Source: Candidatus Nomurabacteria bacterium
GTDB lineage: Bacteria; Patescibacteriota; Minisyncoccia; Phycocordibacterales; UBA9973
DNA length: 64,000 nt
Direction: 5' to 3'
Assembly: GCA_016199805.1 (NCBI GenBank)
Contig: JACQGC010000004.1
Location: 19,816 to 83,815, forward strand
The notes beneath the pieces were generated by a model, which did no database searches, was not told the DNA's origin, and was given only the letters and a program-made list of their open reading frames with translations. A program made the translations under genes and the position numbers. Positions 34,721 through 44,733 of this stretch are shown in pieces (positions within the stretch are counted from its first letter, which is position 1; every line of letters begins with the position of its first letter).

Positions 34721-37693
34721 TTAATTACCTTTTTTAGCTGTTGTTGCCGCTTTTACTGCTTTGTGAGCCCTTGTTCGGGCAACTTTTGCCTTAACAATTT
34801 TTGCAGCACTACTAATTGCACTTCTCCTGCCGCCTACTACATCGTCACTTCCAGTAACATTTACTGTGACAGATGAAGTTCCGGTAACAGTCACATCACC
34901 ACTAACCGAGGTCGCAGTGATGGTAGTTGTTCCAGCGGCTACGCCGGTAACCTTACCAGTGCTGTCTACCGTGGCAATTGTTGTATCACTCGAAGAATAC
35001 GTGGTTGTTGCTCCGACAAAAGCTGCTCCGTTTTGGTCCATCGGTGCAGCGGTTAGTTGTCTCGTTGCTCCGATTGCTACCGAAGCAGTACCTGGAGTAA
35101 CGGAAACACTAGAAAGCGTAATTGGTCCGGTGGCTACAATAACCATCGAGGAAGAAGCTATTTCCCCGGCGTCATTCATGACCGTAAACTTAGCTGTGTA
35201 AGTTCCAGCCACGCTGTAAACATGGCTAAATGTAGCTGTCTGAACGAAAGGAGTTCCAGCAAAAGCCATTGCCCTTAGCGTAGTAGCTGAATCACCCCAG
35301 TCTGCCGCATATGTTAGATTTCCATCTTGAGGATCAAGAGCATTGACAGTAACGGTTTCAGTTTGTCCGGTTGCTATTGTTTTCGGACCGTCAAGACTGG
35401 TGATAACTGGAGTTGTAGCAACAGTTACTGTTGCTGTTCCGGTAACCGTCACACTGCCACTAACTGAAGTCGCGGTGATGGTAGCGGTTCCAAAGTTTAC
35501 TCCGGTAACTTTTCCTGTATTGTCTACGGTGGCGATAGTGTCGTCACTAGAAGAGTATGTGGTTGTAGCTCCCACAAAGACTGCTCCGTTTTGGTCCATA
35601 GGAACACCTGTTATTTGTTGCGTACCCGTTACTGTTACTGAAGAGGTAGCAGGAGTAACGACGACACTTGTGAGAACAGGAACTATTGCAGGCGTCACTG
35701 TTACGGTTGCTGTACCTGTAACTGTAGTCGTGCCGCTGACTGATGTGGCTGTGATTGTAGCTGTACCATCTGCTACTCCCGTAACCATACCTGTTTCTGC
35801 ATTAACTGTAGCGACTGACTCATCGCTTGAAGAGAACGTAGTTGTTGCTCCAACAAAAGCTGTTCCGTTTTGATCAAGCGGACTAGCCGTAAGTTGAGCT
35901 GTTCCTCCGGTTGTTATCGAAGAGGTAGCTGGAGTAACCACGACGCTGGTAAGCGTAGGTGTAGTCGTTGATCCTTGGACGACATGCACGGTAATGGTCG
36001 AGACAGCTGAAGTGCCTGCGGCAGAACTTACCGTGAATGTTACGGTGTAAGTTCCAACAACACTATATGCGTGCGTAAATGTTGCTGTTTGCACAAAGAT
36101 TGGCGCCAAGGCCGCGCGCCTTATGCCTGCCGTGTCTCCCCAATCAACTGCATAAGTTAGAGTCCCATTTTGTGGGTCGGAAGCATTTACTTTCCAAGTA
36201 CCCACTTGTCCGGTTTTAATAACTGTTGGCGCAGTAATGCCAGAGATATTCGGCAAAGTGCTACCGCCACCAGTGACGGCAGTCACAGTTACTGTTGCTG
36301 TGTCAGAAACAGTTGTTGTTCCACTCACTGAAGTCGCGGTGATGGTAGCTGTTCCGGCAGCTACACCTGTAACCATTCCGGTTCCTGCATCAACTGTGGC
36401 GATGGTTGTATCGCTGGAAGCGAAGGTTGTCGTTGCACCGACAAACGCCGCTCCGGTTTCATCGAGAGGTGCAGCTGTCAGTTGTGTTGTTCCTCCGACA
36501 GCTACTGAAGGAGTAGCTGGAGTCACTGTGACAGAAGTTAGAACCGGGGTAACTGTTGCGGGTCCGACGGTGACTACCGTAGTACCTGTAACTGTAACAT
36601 CCCCACTCACTGCAGTTGCAGTAATTGTAGATGTTCCATCGGCGACACCTGTAACCATACCTGTATTGTCTACTGTGGCAACTGCTGTGTCACTGGATGC
36701 GAATGTAGTTGTTGCTCCGACGAAAGGTTTTCCGTCTTGATTAAGAGGTGCAGCGACTACAGGCAAAGTTCCTCCGACATCCACAGAAGGGGTGGCTGGA
36801 GTCACGTTGACACTAGTCAAAACAGGAGCTGCTACAGTAACTGTGGCTGTTCCAGTAACGGTAACTGTTCCACTCACCGAACTTGCAGTGATGGTAGCTG
36901 TACCAGGAGCTACTGCTGTAACCATTCCGGCATTGTCCACTGTGGCAACATTTACATCACTGGAAGTAAATGTAGTTGTTGCTCCGACGAAAGCTGTTCC
37001 ATTTTGATCCATCGGTGCAGCTGTGAGTTGAGCTGTATCTCCCGTCGCGATTGAAGAGGTAGCAGGAGTTACAGTCACACTTGTCAAAACCGGAGTTACT
37101 ACGACCGGGGTCACTGTAACTATAGAAGTTCCCGTAACCGTCACACTACCACTAACCGAAGTAGCGGTAACTGTGGCCGTACCAGCCGCGACACCGGTAA
37201 CCATTCCGGTGTTATCAACCGTCGCAACTGTTGCATCACTAGAAGCGAAGGTTGTCGTTGCTCCGACAAAAGCTGTTCCATTTTCATCCAATGGTGCAGC
37301 TATCAGCTGTGTCATTGCACCGACCTCTACAGAAGAAGGATTTGGGGTCACGGTGACACTAGTCAGAACGTGAGCGTCTGTCAGTGTACCTATGATGTCA
37401 CTTGCCACGACACTCAAAACCTGACTACCATGTCCCGAGTTATTTAATACAGTTGTGCCATCAATACCACACATTTGCGTGATAGTAGCTACCCCGCCGG
37501 GATGTTGAGAAATGTAGCTGGTTAAATTGTAAACATTGTTGTTTACAACCGTCCAACAATCTGCCGCTGTGCTGTGTGCCGCTACATCCGCCAAGGTAAA
37601 GGTGGCTGCTTGGGCAACATTTGCGTTGAACCCAAAAGCAACTAATGCTAAAACAAGGAGTGTTTGTCCTAATAGATTTATTTTATTTTTCAT
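34721..37693 (-). CDS. secreted protein: cytochrome b5-like heme domain plus about seven Big_2 Ig repeats and two PKD-like domains
   Basis: DCWTVV...VYNLTSYISQHPGG...GH; repeated LTSV.VTP...FVGATTTF.SSD..VATVD..G.VTGVA.GTATITATS; YAVDWGD. Confidence 0.88.
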   Translation of the reverse strand: MKNKINLLGQTLLVLALVAFGFNANVAQAATFTLADVAAHSTAADCWTVVNNNVYNLTSYISQHPGGVATITQMCGIDGTTVLNNSGHGSQVLSVVASDIIGTLTDAHVLTSVTVTPNPSSVEVGAMTQLIAAPLDENGTAFVGATTTFASSDATVATVDNTGMVTGVAAGTATVTATSVSGSVTVTGTSIVTVTPVVVTPVLTSVTVTPATSSIATGDTAQLTAAPMDQNGTAFVGATTTFTSSDVNVATVDNAGMVTAVAPGTATITASSVSGTVTVTGTATVTVAAPVLTSVNVTPATPSVDVGGTLPVVAAPLNQDGKPFVGATTTFASSDTAVATVDNTGMVTGVADGTSTITATAVSGDVTVTGTTVVTVGPATVTPVLTSVTVTPATPSVAVGGTTQLTAAPLDETGAAFVGATTTFASSDTTIATVDAGTGMVTGVAAGTATITATSVSGTTTVSDTATVTVTAVTGGGSTLPNISGITAPTVIKTGQVGTWKVNASDPQNGTLTYAVDWGDTAGIRRAALAPIFVQTATFTHAYSVVGTYTVTFTVSSAAGTSAVSTITVHVVQGSTTTPTLTSVVVTPATSSITTGGTAQLTASPLDQNGTAFVGATTTFSSSDESVATVNAETGMVTGVADGTATITATSVSGTTTVTGTATVTVTPAIVPVLTSVVVTPATSSVTVTGTQQITGVPMDQNGAVFVGATTTYSSSDDTIATVDNTGKVTGVNFGTATITATSVSGSVTVTGTATVTVATTPVITSLDGPKTIATGQTETVTVNALDPQDGNLTYAADWGDSATTLRAMAFAGTPFVQTATFSHVYSVAGTYTAKFTVMNDAGEIASSSMVIVATGPITLSSVSVTPGTASVAIGATRQLTAAPMDQNGAAFVGATTTYSSSDTTIATVDSTGKVTGVAAGTTTITATSVSGDVTVTGTSSVTVNVTGSDDVVGGRRSAISSAAKIVKAKVARTRAHKAVKAATTAKKGN

Positions 37694-37852
37694 ATACTTT
37701 TACAATTATTAATAATATTGTTAATGCTAATAATGATAAATTAAGTACGCTCAATTTTTACTTGCGTGACCAGCGCAATATAAAAATACAAACATACTGT
37801 GACCAATTATCACTTTGTAACATTAAAAAATGGTGAAAGATATTTAGTTTTT

Positions 37853-38821
37853 CTATTCCAGAATAAGCTTTTTGAACTCTTCCACCATAGGTACTTGCTC
37901 GGGTTCGAGTCCATACGAGAGTGCTGTGTAATACGCCGTCCAATCGGCCAAAATAAGTGAAGAGAAAATCTTCAGCCAGATGTTTTTTTCGTTTAATTCC
38001 AGGGTTTCTACTTTTAAATTTCGGTCTTTGTACAATTTTTCCAGCACTTTTGTCCTTTTGATAATTTCCGGGTTGTCTGTTATGTCCCTTAGAACTATAA
38101 AACAGAATTTGTTGCTTAATTCTCTGGTGGAATCTTTCACATCAAAACCATTCATCTCGTTGTGATTCAGTTCAGGCAAGACATTATAAAAGGCGGGAAT
38201 CTTGCCCGTCTCATTCAGTTTTATTTTCCAGTTATAGGCTACAGACGAATTGCGGTTTGAGGAATAAATAACCGGGACACAATTTTTTATTTTTTCTGCC
38301 AGCATTTTTCCTTTTTCTTCAAAATCAGACGGTTTTAAAGTTGTTGCCAGTTCTGTTATGTTTTTGAGTTCACTTTCTTCCCCCATCAGTTTTAAAAATG
38401 CTTTGATGGAAAAACCCAAAGCCGAGCGCGGTTGTATTTTTGTGTCCGGCAATTGTATATATGGAATATTGTTTTCCTTGGCCAACGCGAGCAATTTGCC
38501 ACCGACGGCAACAACCGCCATGCTTATATTTTTATTTTTTGCTTCATTGAAAGCTTCAATCACTTCTTCGGTGTTGCCGGAATAAGAACTCAAAATGACG
38601 AGTTTGCTTTTTAGTTCTTCCGTCGTAAATCCTTCCAATCCGTAATCGGTGCGGACACTGACATCAATATCCGGCTTCCAAGTTTTTAATAATTTTGCCG
38701 CCAGAGCGGAGCCGCCCATGCCAACGACGATAAAACCGGGGGTTTTCGTCAAAAACTCCCCATTTATAATTTCCGGCCCGTAAGAAAACTGTGTATTGAA
38801 ATTTTTAATTGCTTCATACAT
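37853..38821 (-). CDS. bifunctional phosphoglucose/phosphomannose isomerase
   Basis: GMGGS, SYSGNTEE, QPRSA, KLNETGK and PELNHNE motifs. Confidence 0.92.
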   Translation of the reverse strand: MYEAIKNFNTQFSYGPEIINGEFLTKTPGFIVVGMGGSALAAKLLKTWKPDIDVSVRTDYGLEGFTTEELKSKLVILSSYSGNTEEVIEAFNEAKNKNISMAVVAVGGKLLALAKENNIPYIQLPDTKIQPRSALGFSIKAFLKLMGEESELKNITELATTLKPSDFEEKGKMLAEKIKNCVPVIYSSNRNSSVAYNWKIKLNETGKIPAFYNVLPELNHNEMNGFDVKDSTRELSNKFCFIVLRDITDNPEIIKRTKVLEKLYKDRNLKVETLELNEKNIWLKIFSSLILADWTAYYTALSYGLEPEQVPMVEEFKKLILE

Positions 38822-38843
38822 ATGTTGTTGGTATAATTATAGC

Positions 38844-39326
38844 ATGAATCCAAATCAAAAATTAAGTTGGTCTGCGTTGGAATACGAAGAGAAGGAACGC
38901 AGTTCGGATTGGTTTTGGGCTCTCGGCATCATTGTGGTTACCAGCTCCATCGCCGCTATTATTTTTGGTAATTACTTTTTTGCGACCTTGCTCATTTTGA
39001 GCGGAGTGCTCCTCGGTTTCTTTGCCGTAAAAAAACCGGATATGGTTTTTTATGAATTAAGTGAAAAGGGTTTGCAAATCCGCGACCGTATCTATCCTTA
39101 TGAAAATATAAAATCTTTTTGGGTACAGGTGGGAGCGTCGCCCGAGGCTAACATCAAGCCATTATTCTTCATCCACACCGAGAGAATTTTTATGCCGATA
39201 ATAAGCATCCCGATACATGAAGATATGGCGGAAGAAATACACTCAATAATGCTCGACCAAAATATTCCGGAGGTGGAAATGCGCGAGCACCCATCGGAAA
39301 AAATAATGGAAGTGCTTGGCTTTTAA
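38844..39326 (+). CDS. conserved CPR-type membrane protein
   Basis: W.A.EY..KERS.DWFW, two TMs, PH-like tail; start reassigned to ATG 38844. Confidence 0.75.
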   Translation: MNPNQKLSWSALEYEEKERSSDWFWALGIIVVTSSIAAIIFGNYFFATLLILSGVLLGFFAVKKPDMVFYELSEKGLQIRDRIYPYENIKSFWVQVGASPEANIKPLFFIHTERIFMPIISIPIHEDMAEEIHSIMLDQNIPEVEMREHPSEKIMEVLGF

Positions 39327-39353
39327 AATAAAAACTGTTAATCTAAAAAAATA

Positions 39354-39428
39354 GCCCTCATAGTTTAATGGATAGAATGCGAGCTTGCGGAGTTTGCGAT
39401 GTAGGTTCGATTCCTACTGAGGGCACCA
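39354..39428 (+). tRNA. tRNA-Arg(GCG)
   Basis: anticodon arm CGAGC-TTGCGGA-GTTTG; encoded CCA; body similar to the Arg(TCT) gene. Confidence 0.9.
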
Positions 39429-39553
39429 GCACGAATGAAGCCAATTGATTGGCTTCATGTAGGAAGCGAAAAGCTTTTCCTTATTTTTTATTTATAAAAA
39501 ATGGAAAAGGTGTACTGTTCTCGTAGAGAAAGATTTCCTACTGAGGGCACCAG
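39411..39553 (+). repeat. 19-bp direct repeat of tRNA-Arg 3' end (39411-39429 and 39535-39553)
   Basis: TTCCTACTGAGGGCACCAG occurs twice, 124 bp apart. Confidence 0.9.
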
Positions 39554-39606
39554 AAATTTCTCGTTTTAAATAACTGTTACCGCACAAAAGCAGTATAAAA
39601 ATATAT

Positions 39607-39635
39607 TTGACATTTGTGCATGTCTATGCTACAAT
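39607..39635 (+). promoter_or_regulatory. sigma70 promoter
   Basis: TTGACA-17nt-TACAAT with extended -10 TG. Confidence 0.75.
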
Positions 39636-39703
39636 CTTGATGGAATTATCTGGCGGGTTTTTACCGCCAAACCCTAAGTTCTCGAAAATTTAACAGGAGA
39701 AAT

Positions 39704-40450
39704 ATGACGAAAAACGTGTTGTTTGTGCTGTTGATTTTGGCGCTGGGCTTCTCGGCCTATGCGCAGGGACCTACACCTCCGGCCACAGAACCCACTGCCC
39801 CTCAAGAAGTAGCTGCTCCCGCATCCATCACCACGGCGCCGCTAGTCGACTACTGGAAGACCGCTGATGAATGCTTGGTTCTTGGACCTCGCACCCCTTT
39901 CTACCACCCCACCAAAACCCACGCACAGAAGTTGGGTAAAAATGAAGTGGTAGCAGGGTTGCCGCAATCCGGTTGCATTGAAATGGACCTTCCCGACCGA
40001 TTTGGGAAAAAAGGGTTCGTTCCAATTGAGACTGGTCGGCCGTTCGTCTATGACAAAACGAACGGCAAGATGTTGAGAATGCAGGAATGCAACAACAAGG
40101 CGTATTCCTTTATTCCATTCCCCACCCCACCCCCGCCCACCAACGGCATCGACGGCAAAGATGGCGCCAACGGCAAGGACGGACGTGATGGTGTCAACGG
40201 CATCAACGGTCGGGATGGTAAGGACGGTAGGGACGGAACTAGTTACATTCCACCCGCTCGTGTCAACACCCAACCCAGGAAGGGTTGGTTCGCTCGTCAC
40301 TGGAAGCCGGTTCTGGTTTTCGCTGCCGCTGTCGCAATCGGGGGAGAAGAAGCCGCGCGTCGCGCAGGTCGTGGTCAACATCCCACCCCAACCCCAACCA
40401 CCCCCACGGGACCCGGCGTCGTGACCAACCCCCCGGGCGCGGGTAAGTAG
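39704..40450 (+). CDS. exported protein with collagen-like G-X-Y repeat
   Basis: AGGAG RBS, signal peptide, GIDGKDGANGKDGRDGVNGINGRDGKDGRDG. Confidence 0.8.
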   Translation: MTKNVLFVLLILALGFSAYAQGPTPPATEPTAPQEVAAPASITTAPLVDYWKTADECLVLGPRTPFYHPTKTHAQKLGKNEVVAGLPQSGCIEMDLPDRFGKKGFVPIETGRPFVYDKTNGKMLRMQECNNKAYSFIPFPTPPPPTNGIDGKDGANGKDGRDGVNGINGRDGKDGRDGTSYIPPARVNTQPRKGWFARHWKPVLVFAAAVAIGGEEAARRAGRGQHPTPTPTTPTGPGVVTNPPGAGK

Positions 40451-40615
40451 TTCATTTTAGTTTCTCCTAGCATCATCGCGCAGGAGGGAGAGTGTTGGAA
40501 ACTCGCTCCTTCCTGCACTCTTCAAAGTTATGACAAATGGTTCATAATTTCGAAGAGTGAAAAAGCGATTTTTTATTCTTGACAATTTTAATAATTTAAG
40601 TAAATATCAAATCTT

Positions 40616-43162
40616 ATGAAGACAAAAATACAACAATTTATATTTGCAGTCGCAATATTATCCATATTTTTTACGGGTGCCACCAACGCTTCGGCACAGT
40701 ATGCCGTGCCCACCTGCAGTAGTGCTACCTTAAACGGCACGGTTATCCCAAACGGGGCAAGCACCATAGCCTGGTTTGACTGGGGAGTAGGCAGTTCTCT
40801 CGCCAACCACACCGATCCTCAGACTTTTTCTACAACACAAGCCTACAGCCAGGTGATATATAACCTTCAGCAAAACACCACTTATTCTTTTCGAGCGATG
40901 GCTTCAAATGTCAACGGCACTGCGACTGGGCAAACTTTTACCTTTACGACTTCTTCATGCAACACAACACCGCAAACTTGCCAAGACCCAGCGGCCACAA
41001 ACTTTGGCGGACCGTTGCCTTGCACTTATCCTACCGCACAGCTTTGCCAAGATCCAACTGCAACTAATTACCATGGACCTTTGCCCTGCACCTACCCTCC
41101 TCAACTGTGTCAGGACCCCACTGCAAATAATTATGGCGGACCATTGCCTTGCACATATCCTACTCCTGTAAACAAAACCGCCACTCTTTCAATAAATAAA
41201 ACCGCCTTCAAAGTAGGAGAAAACTGGACATTGTCTATAAATTCAAATATCTACAATGGCACGGTGACAATCTGCTCCAGAATTCCATCTCCTTCCGGTA
41301 ATTCTTGCACCCCGGCAGCCAACTTGGGTTTTTCTGCAAACACAAATTCATACGGCAGTTGGTCCGGAAGCGGTTCTCATGCCACAAGCGCAATAGGCTC
41401 CTGGGATGAGTACGCTATAGTTAGTGGCACAAATACCAACGATATTTATTTCACAGTAGCAGACCAGGTTCCTCAAAATCTTCCCATGTCCGGTACCCTC
41501 ACCCCGGCGACCTCAAACTGTGTCATCACTGCCGGACAAAACAGTTGTACTATTAATTTCACTTGGAACACTATAAATCCGGTGGCGACTTCATCTGTAA
41601 CCAGCGCCGGAGTAACGGTGGCAAATGGCAACTCCAGCCCCAGCCCCTTCCCTTTTGTGATTCCGTTCGGAAGCAAAACATTTTATCTTTACAACAATGC
41701 CATCTTGCTGGCCCAGAGCACTGTTTCTGCGCTCTGTGCTTCGGGGACAAGTTGGAACGGAGGCGTATGCCAGACTAGCACCACTCCTGTTCAAACTTGC
41801 CAAGACCCATCTGCGACAAATTACGGAGGAACACTACCTTGTAGATATTCACAGCCCACTTCCAGCGTCAGTGCTGGCGTAAACTACGTCTATGGAACAA
41901 ACACCAACACGAATACCAGTACCGGTGGTACAAGTACAAACACCAACACAAGCACTGGTGGCACAAGTACCAACACCAATACAAACACGAATAACAACAA
42001 TCCAATCATCAACGTAAATGTAAACGGAGGTGGCGATGGCGTCATTACTCAGACCTGCCGAGACACCAGCGCAACCAACTATGGAGGATCGTTGCCATGT
42101 AATTATTATTACGCTCCGCAAGTTTGCCAAGATTCATCTGCTATAAATTATCACGGAACATTGCCTTGCACCTACTACAACTACAACTACAACTATCAAA
42201 CTTGTCAGGACCCAAGCGCCATAAATTACCGAGGAATTTTGCCTTGCACATATTATAATTACAACAATTATAATAACGTTCAAACTTACCAAAATAATTT
42301 TAGTACTGGCCAACAGCCTACAGTCGTAGTCTTTGCCAACCATGCTACTGTTCCTTACAACAGTGCAGCCACCGTGAGTTGGATTACTACCAACGCAACT
42401 TCTTGTTCCGCCTCTGGTGGTTCAACCGGCTGGGCGGGAGTAAAAAGCATCGGCCCTGGAAGTTTTTACACCGGCTCACTTACCTCGAGCCAGACTTACA
42501 CTCTTACCTGTAATAATAATTTCGGATCGGCTACCGACAGCGTGACAGTGAATGTCACCAGGCAAACCGTTATCACTCCCGGCAATCCGATAACTCCAAC
42601 TTCTTTAGTGCTTATTACTTCTTCCATCGACCGAAATCAGCCGATAGTGCCGACATTGGACAATAGCCGTCCACACCCAGGTGATGAAATCAATTACACT
42701 GTCAGTTATCAAAATGTGGGAACCGGTTCAATCACTGGACTCACTCTCAGGATAAATCTTCCCCCGGAAGTGGACTATATGTTTTCCACCCCAAATAATC
42801 CGATTGTAACCGGGCAAACATTGATCTTTAATTTGGGAACCTTGAGAGCCAACGGACAGGGTACGGTTACTGCCAGAGTGCGAGTCCGAGACAATATTCC
42901 CGAAAACACAAACTTGGACTTTCCGGCGACTCTTTCCTATATAGACCCTTCCGGAATTCCTCAGTCCGTAGTGGCCAATGTTTCCGCGCAAGTATGGCAA
43001 AATCCCGCAAAAATAAACGCAAACACTTCAGCCTTGGGCGCGGGCATATTCGGATCCGGAATATTCTTGCCGGTCACTCTGCTTGGTTGGTTGATATTGA
43101 TTATTCTTATTCTCATCCTTATATATTTGAGCAGACACGCATACGCTCAATATAAAAAATAA
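40616..43162 (+). CDS. surface protein with CQDPxATNYxGxLPC repeats, FN3-like and DUF11-like domains, C-terminal TM
   Basis: seven Cys-bracketed repeats; PGDEINYTVSYQNVG; terminal hydrophobic helix followed by basic tail. Confidence 0.82.
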   Translation: MKTKIQQFIFAVAILSIFFTGATNASAQYAVPTCSSATLNGTVIPNGASTIAWFDWGVGSSLANHTDPQTFSTTQAYSQVIYNLQQNTTYSFRAMASNVNGTATGQTFTFTTSSCNTTPQTCQDPAATNFGGPLPCTYPTAQLCQDPTATNYHGPLPCTYPPQLCQDPTANNYGGPLPCTYPTPVNKTATLSINKTAFKVGENWTLSINSNIYNGTVTICSRIPSPSGNSCTPAANLGFSANTNSYGSWSGSGSHATSAIGSWDEYAIVSGTNTNDIYFTVADQVPQNLPMSGTLTPATSNCVITAGQNSCTINFTWNTINPVATSSVTSAGVTVANGNSSPSPFPFVIPFGSKTFYLYNNAILLAQSTVSALCASGTSWNGGVCQTSTTPVQTCQDPSATNYGGTLPCRYSQPTSSVSAGVNYVYGTNTNTNTSTGGTSTNTNTSTGGTSTNTNTNTNNNNPIINVNVNGGGDGVITQTCRDTSATNYGGSLPCNYYYAPQVCQDSSAINYHGTLPCTYYNYNYNYQTCQDPSAINYRGILPCTYYNYNNYNNVQTYQNNFSTGQQPTVVVFANHATVPYNSAATVSWITTNATSCSASGGSTGWAGVKSIGPGSFYTGSLTSSQTYTLTCNNNFGSATDSVTVNVTRQTVITPGNPITPTSLVLITSSIDRNQPIVPTLDNSRPHPGDEINYTVSYQNVGTGSITGLTLRINLPPEVDYMFSTPNNPIVTGQTLIFNLGTLRANGQGTVTARVRVRDNIPENTNLDFPATLSYIDPSGIPQSVVANVSAQVWQNPAKINANTSALGAGIFGSGIFLPVTLLGWLILIILILILIYLSRHAYAQYKK

Positions 43163-43177
43163 ATAATTACGGCTTAA

Positions 43178-43215
43178 AGCAAGAAATTCCATCTAAGTGG
43201 AATTTCTTGCTTTTT
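43178..43215 (+). terminator. intrinsic terminator
   Basis: AAGCAAGAAATTCCA...TGGAATTTCTTGCTT followed by T tract. Confidence 0.75.
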
Positions 43216-43236
43216 AGTTTGTGGTATATTGATGTT

Positions 43237-43800
43237 ATGTCAGGAGAATCCGACGCAGACATAATTATTTCATATAAAAACGGCAACGAAGAAGCATTCA
43301 AGGAATTGGTAAACCGCTACAGCGCACCACTCTTCAATTTTACTGCTCGCATAGGCGGACGAAATGAGGCCCCCGATATTGTGCAAGAAACTTTCATAAA
43401 AGTCTGGAAAAGTATTTTTCGTTTTGACCAAAACAAAGCCAGCTTTAAAACCTGGATTTTTACCATAGCAAAAAATACCACTACGGACTTTTTAAGGAAA
43501 AAGAAAAGTATTTTATTTACCGATTTGGAAAAAAATAAAGACGAGGAAATGATTTCTTTTGCCGAAAACATACCGGACGAGAATTTATTACCCGACTTGG
43601 TGCTACAAAAAATGGAAGATAGCCAGCTTTTAAACAAAACACTGGAAAAACTGCGCCTAGATTATAGGGAAGTTTTAATCTTGCATTACCAAGAAGAAAT
43701 GACTTTTGAAGAAATAGGACGTGTGCTCAACAAACCCCTAAACACCGTCAAAAGCCAACACCGTAGGGCGTTGATGGAACTGCGTAAATTACTTGAATAA
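43237..43800 (+). CDS. ECF RNA polymerase sigma factor
   Basis: DIVQETFIKVW, FKTWIFTIAKN and region 4 EIG..L..PLNTVKS. Confidence 0.92.
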   Translation: MSGESDADIIISYKNGNEEAFKELVNRYSAPLFNFTARIGGRNEAPDIVQETFIKVWKSIFRFDQNKASFKTWIFTIAKNTTTDFLRKKKSILFTDLEKNKDEEMISFAENIPDENLLPDLVLQKMEDSQLLNKTLEKLRLDYREVLILHYQEEMTFEEIGRVLNKPLNTVKSQHRRALMELRKLLE

Positions 43801-43870
43801 GGTGAAATTGCACCAAAGCATTTCTCCCATGCGTATACATAGCCGTAAAACAATCAATTATTAAAATGTT

Positions 43871-44281
43871 ATGAAAGACAAAATAACCACAATATTTCAA
43901 AAAGCTGCATACTCACCCGAGCCGGAGTTGGCTTTGGCTGTTTGGAGTTCGGTAATTGCCCAAGAGAGAAAACAAACCAGATTAAAATTGTGGGCTTTTG
44001 GGTTTACGGGGCTTGCTTCCCTTACAGGTTTAGTGCCAGCCTTCAAAATATTGTTTACTGATTTGTCACAGTCCGGTTTTTACGAGTATTTCTCTCTCCT
44101 ATTCTCAGACACCGGGTCTGTAGTTACTTATTGGAAGGAATTTTCTTTTTCTTTGGCTGAAGCTTTACCGGTGATTAGCACAATCCTTACCCTTTCCCTT
44201 CTGTTTGTGTGTTTCTTGTCTTTAAAATATTTAATGAAGCAAATTATTAGAAGTCAGTTAACATTTAACGCCGCACTTTAA
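43871..44281 (+). CDS. putative membrane anti-sigma/partner protein
   Basis: follows the ECF sigma; hydrophobic segments. Confidence 0.6.
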   Translation: MKDKITTIFQKAAYSPEPELALAVWSSVIAQERKQTRLKLWAFGFTGLASLTGLVPAFKILFTDLSQSGFYEYFSLLFSDTGSVVTYWKEFSFSLAEALPVISTILTLSLLFVCFLSLKYLMKQIIRSQLTFNAAL

Positions 44282-44283
44282 TT

Positions 44284-44730
44284 ATGGAAGATATAAAAAA
44301 GGTTTTTGAATCAAAAGTTTCTTTTAAAATTTTATTCACAATTGGAGTGGCCATAGTTGCTCTCTTAATTTTTTGTCTGGGTGTAATGGTGGGGTTTCAT
44401 AGAGCGTCTTTTGGGCGTGCCTGGGAAGAAAACTATGAGCGCAATTTTGGATTGATGCCGGGGCGTCCTCCTTTTGATAATTTTCCGAACGCGAGCGGAG
44501 CCATCGGTAAAATAATAAAAATAACTCTGCCGACGATGATAGTGGAAGATAAAAACAATACGGAAAAAGTAATTTTGATAAAAGATGATACCAGAATACA
44601 AGAAATGCGCGAAAATATTGCGGAAAGAGATTTAAAAATAGACGATTTTGTGGTGGTCATAGGAACTCCAGACGCGCAAGGTCAGATAGAAGCAAAACTT
44701 ATCAGGATAATGCCAATCCCCATAAATTAA
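44284..44730 (+). CDS. membrane-anchored DUF5666-like OB-fold protein
   Basis: TM followed by G.I.KI...DLKIDDFVVVIG...IEAKLIRI. Confidence 0.65.
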   Translation: MEDIKKVFESKVSFKILFTIGVAIVALLIFCLGVMVGFHRASFGRAWEENYERNFGLMPGRPPFDNFPNASGAIGKIIKITLPTMIVEDKNNTEKVILIKDDTRIQEMRENIAERDLKIDDFVVVIGTPDAQGQIEAKLIRIMPIPIN

Positions 44731-44733
44731 TTT

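Noticed and set aside
34866-37373. Several Val/Thr-rich plus-strand ORFs
   Set aside because: Antisense shadows of the Ig-repeat gene
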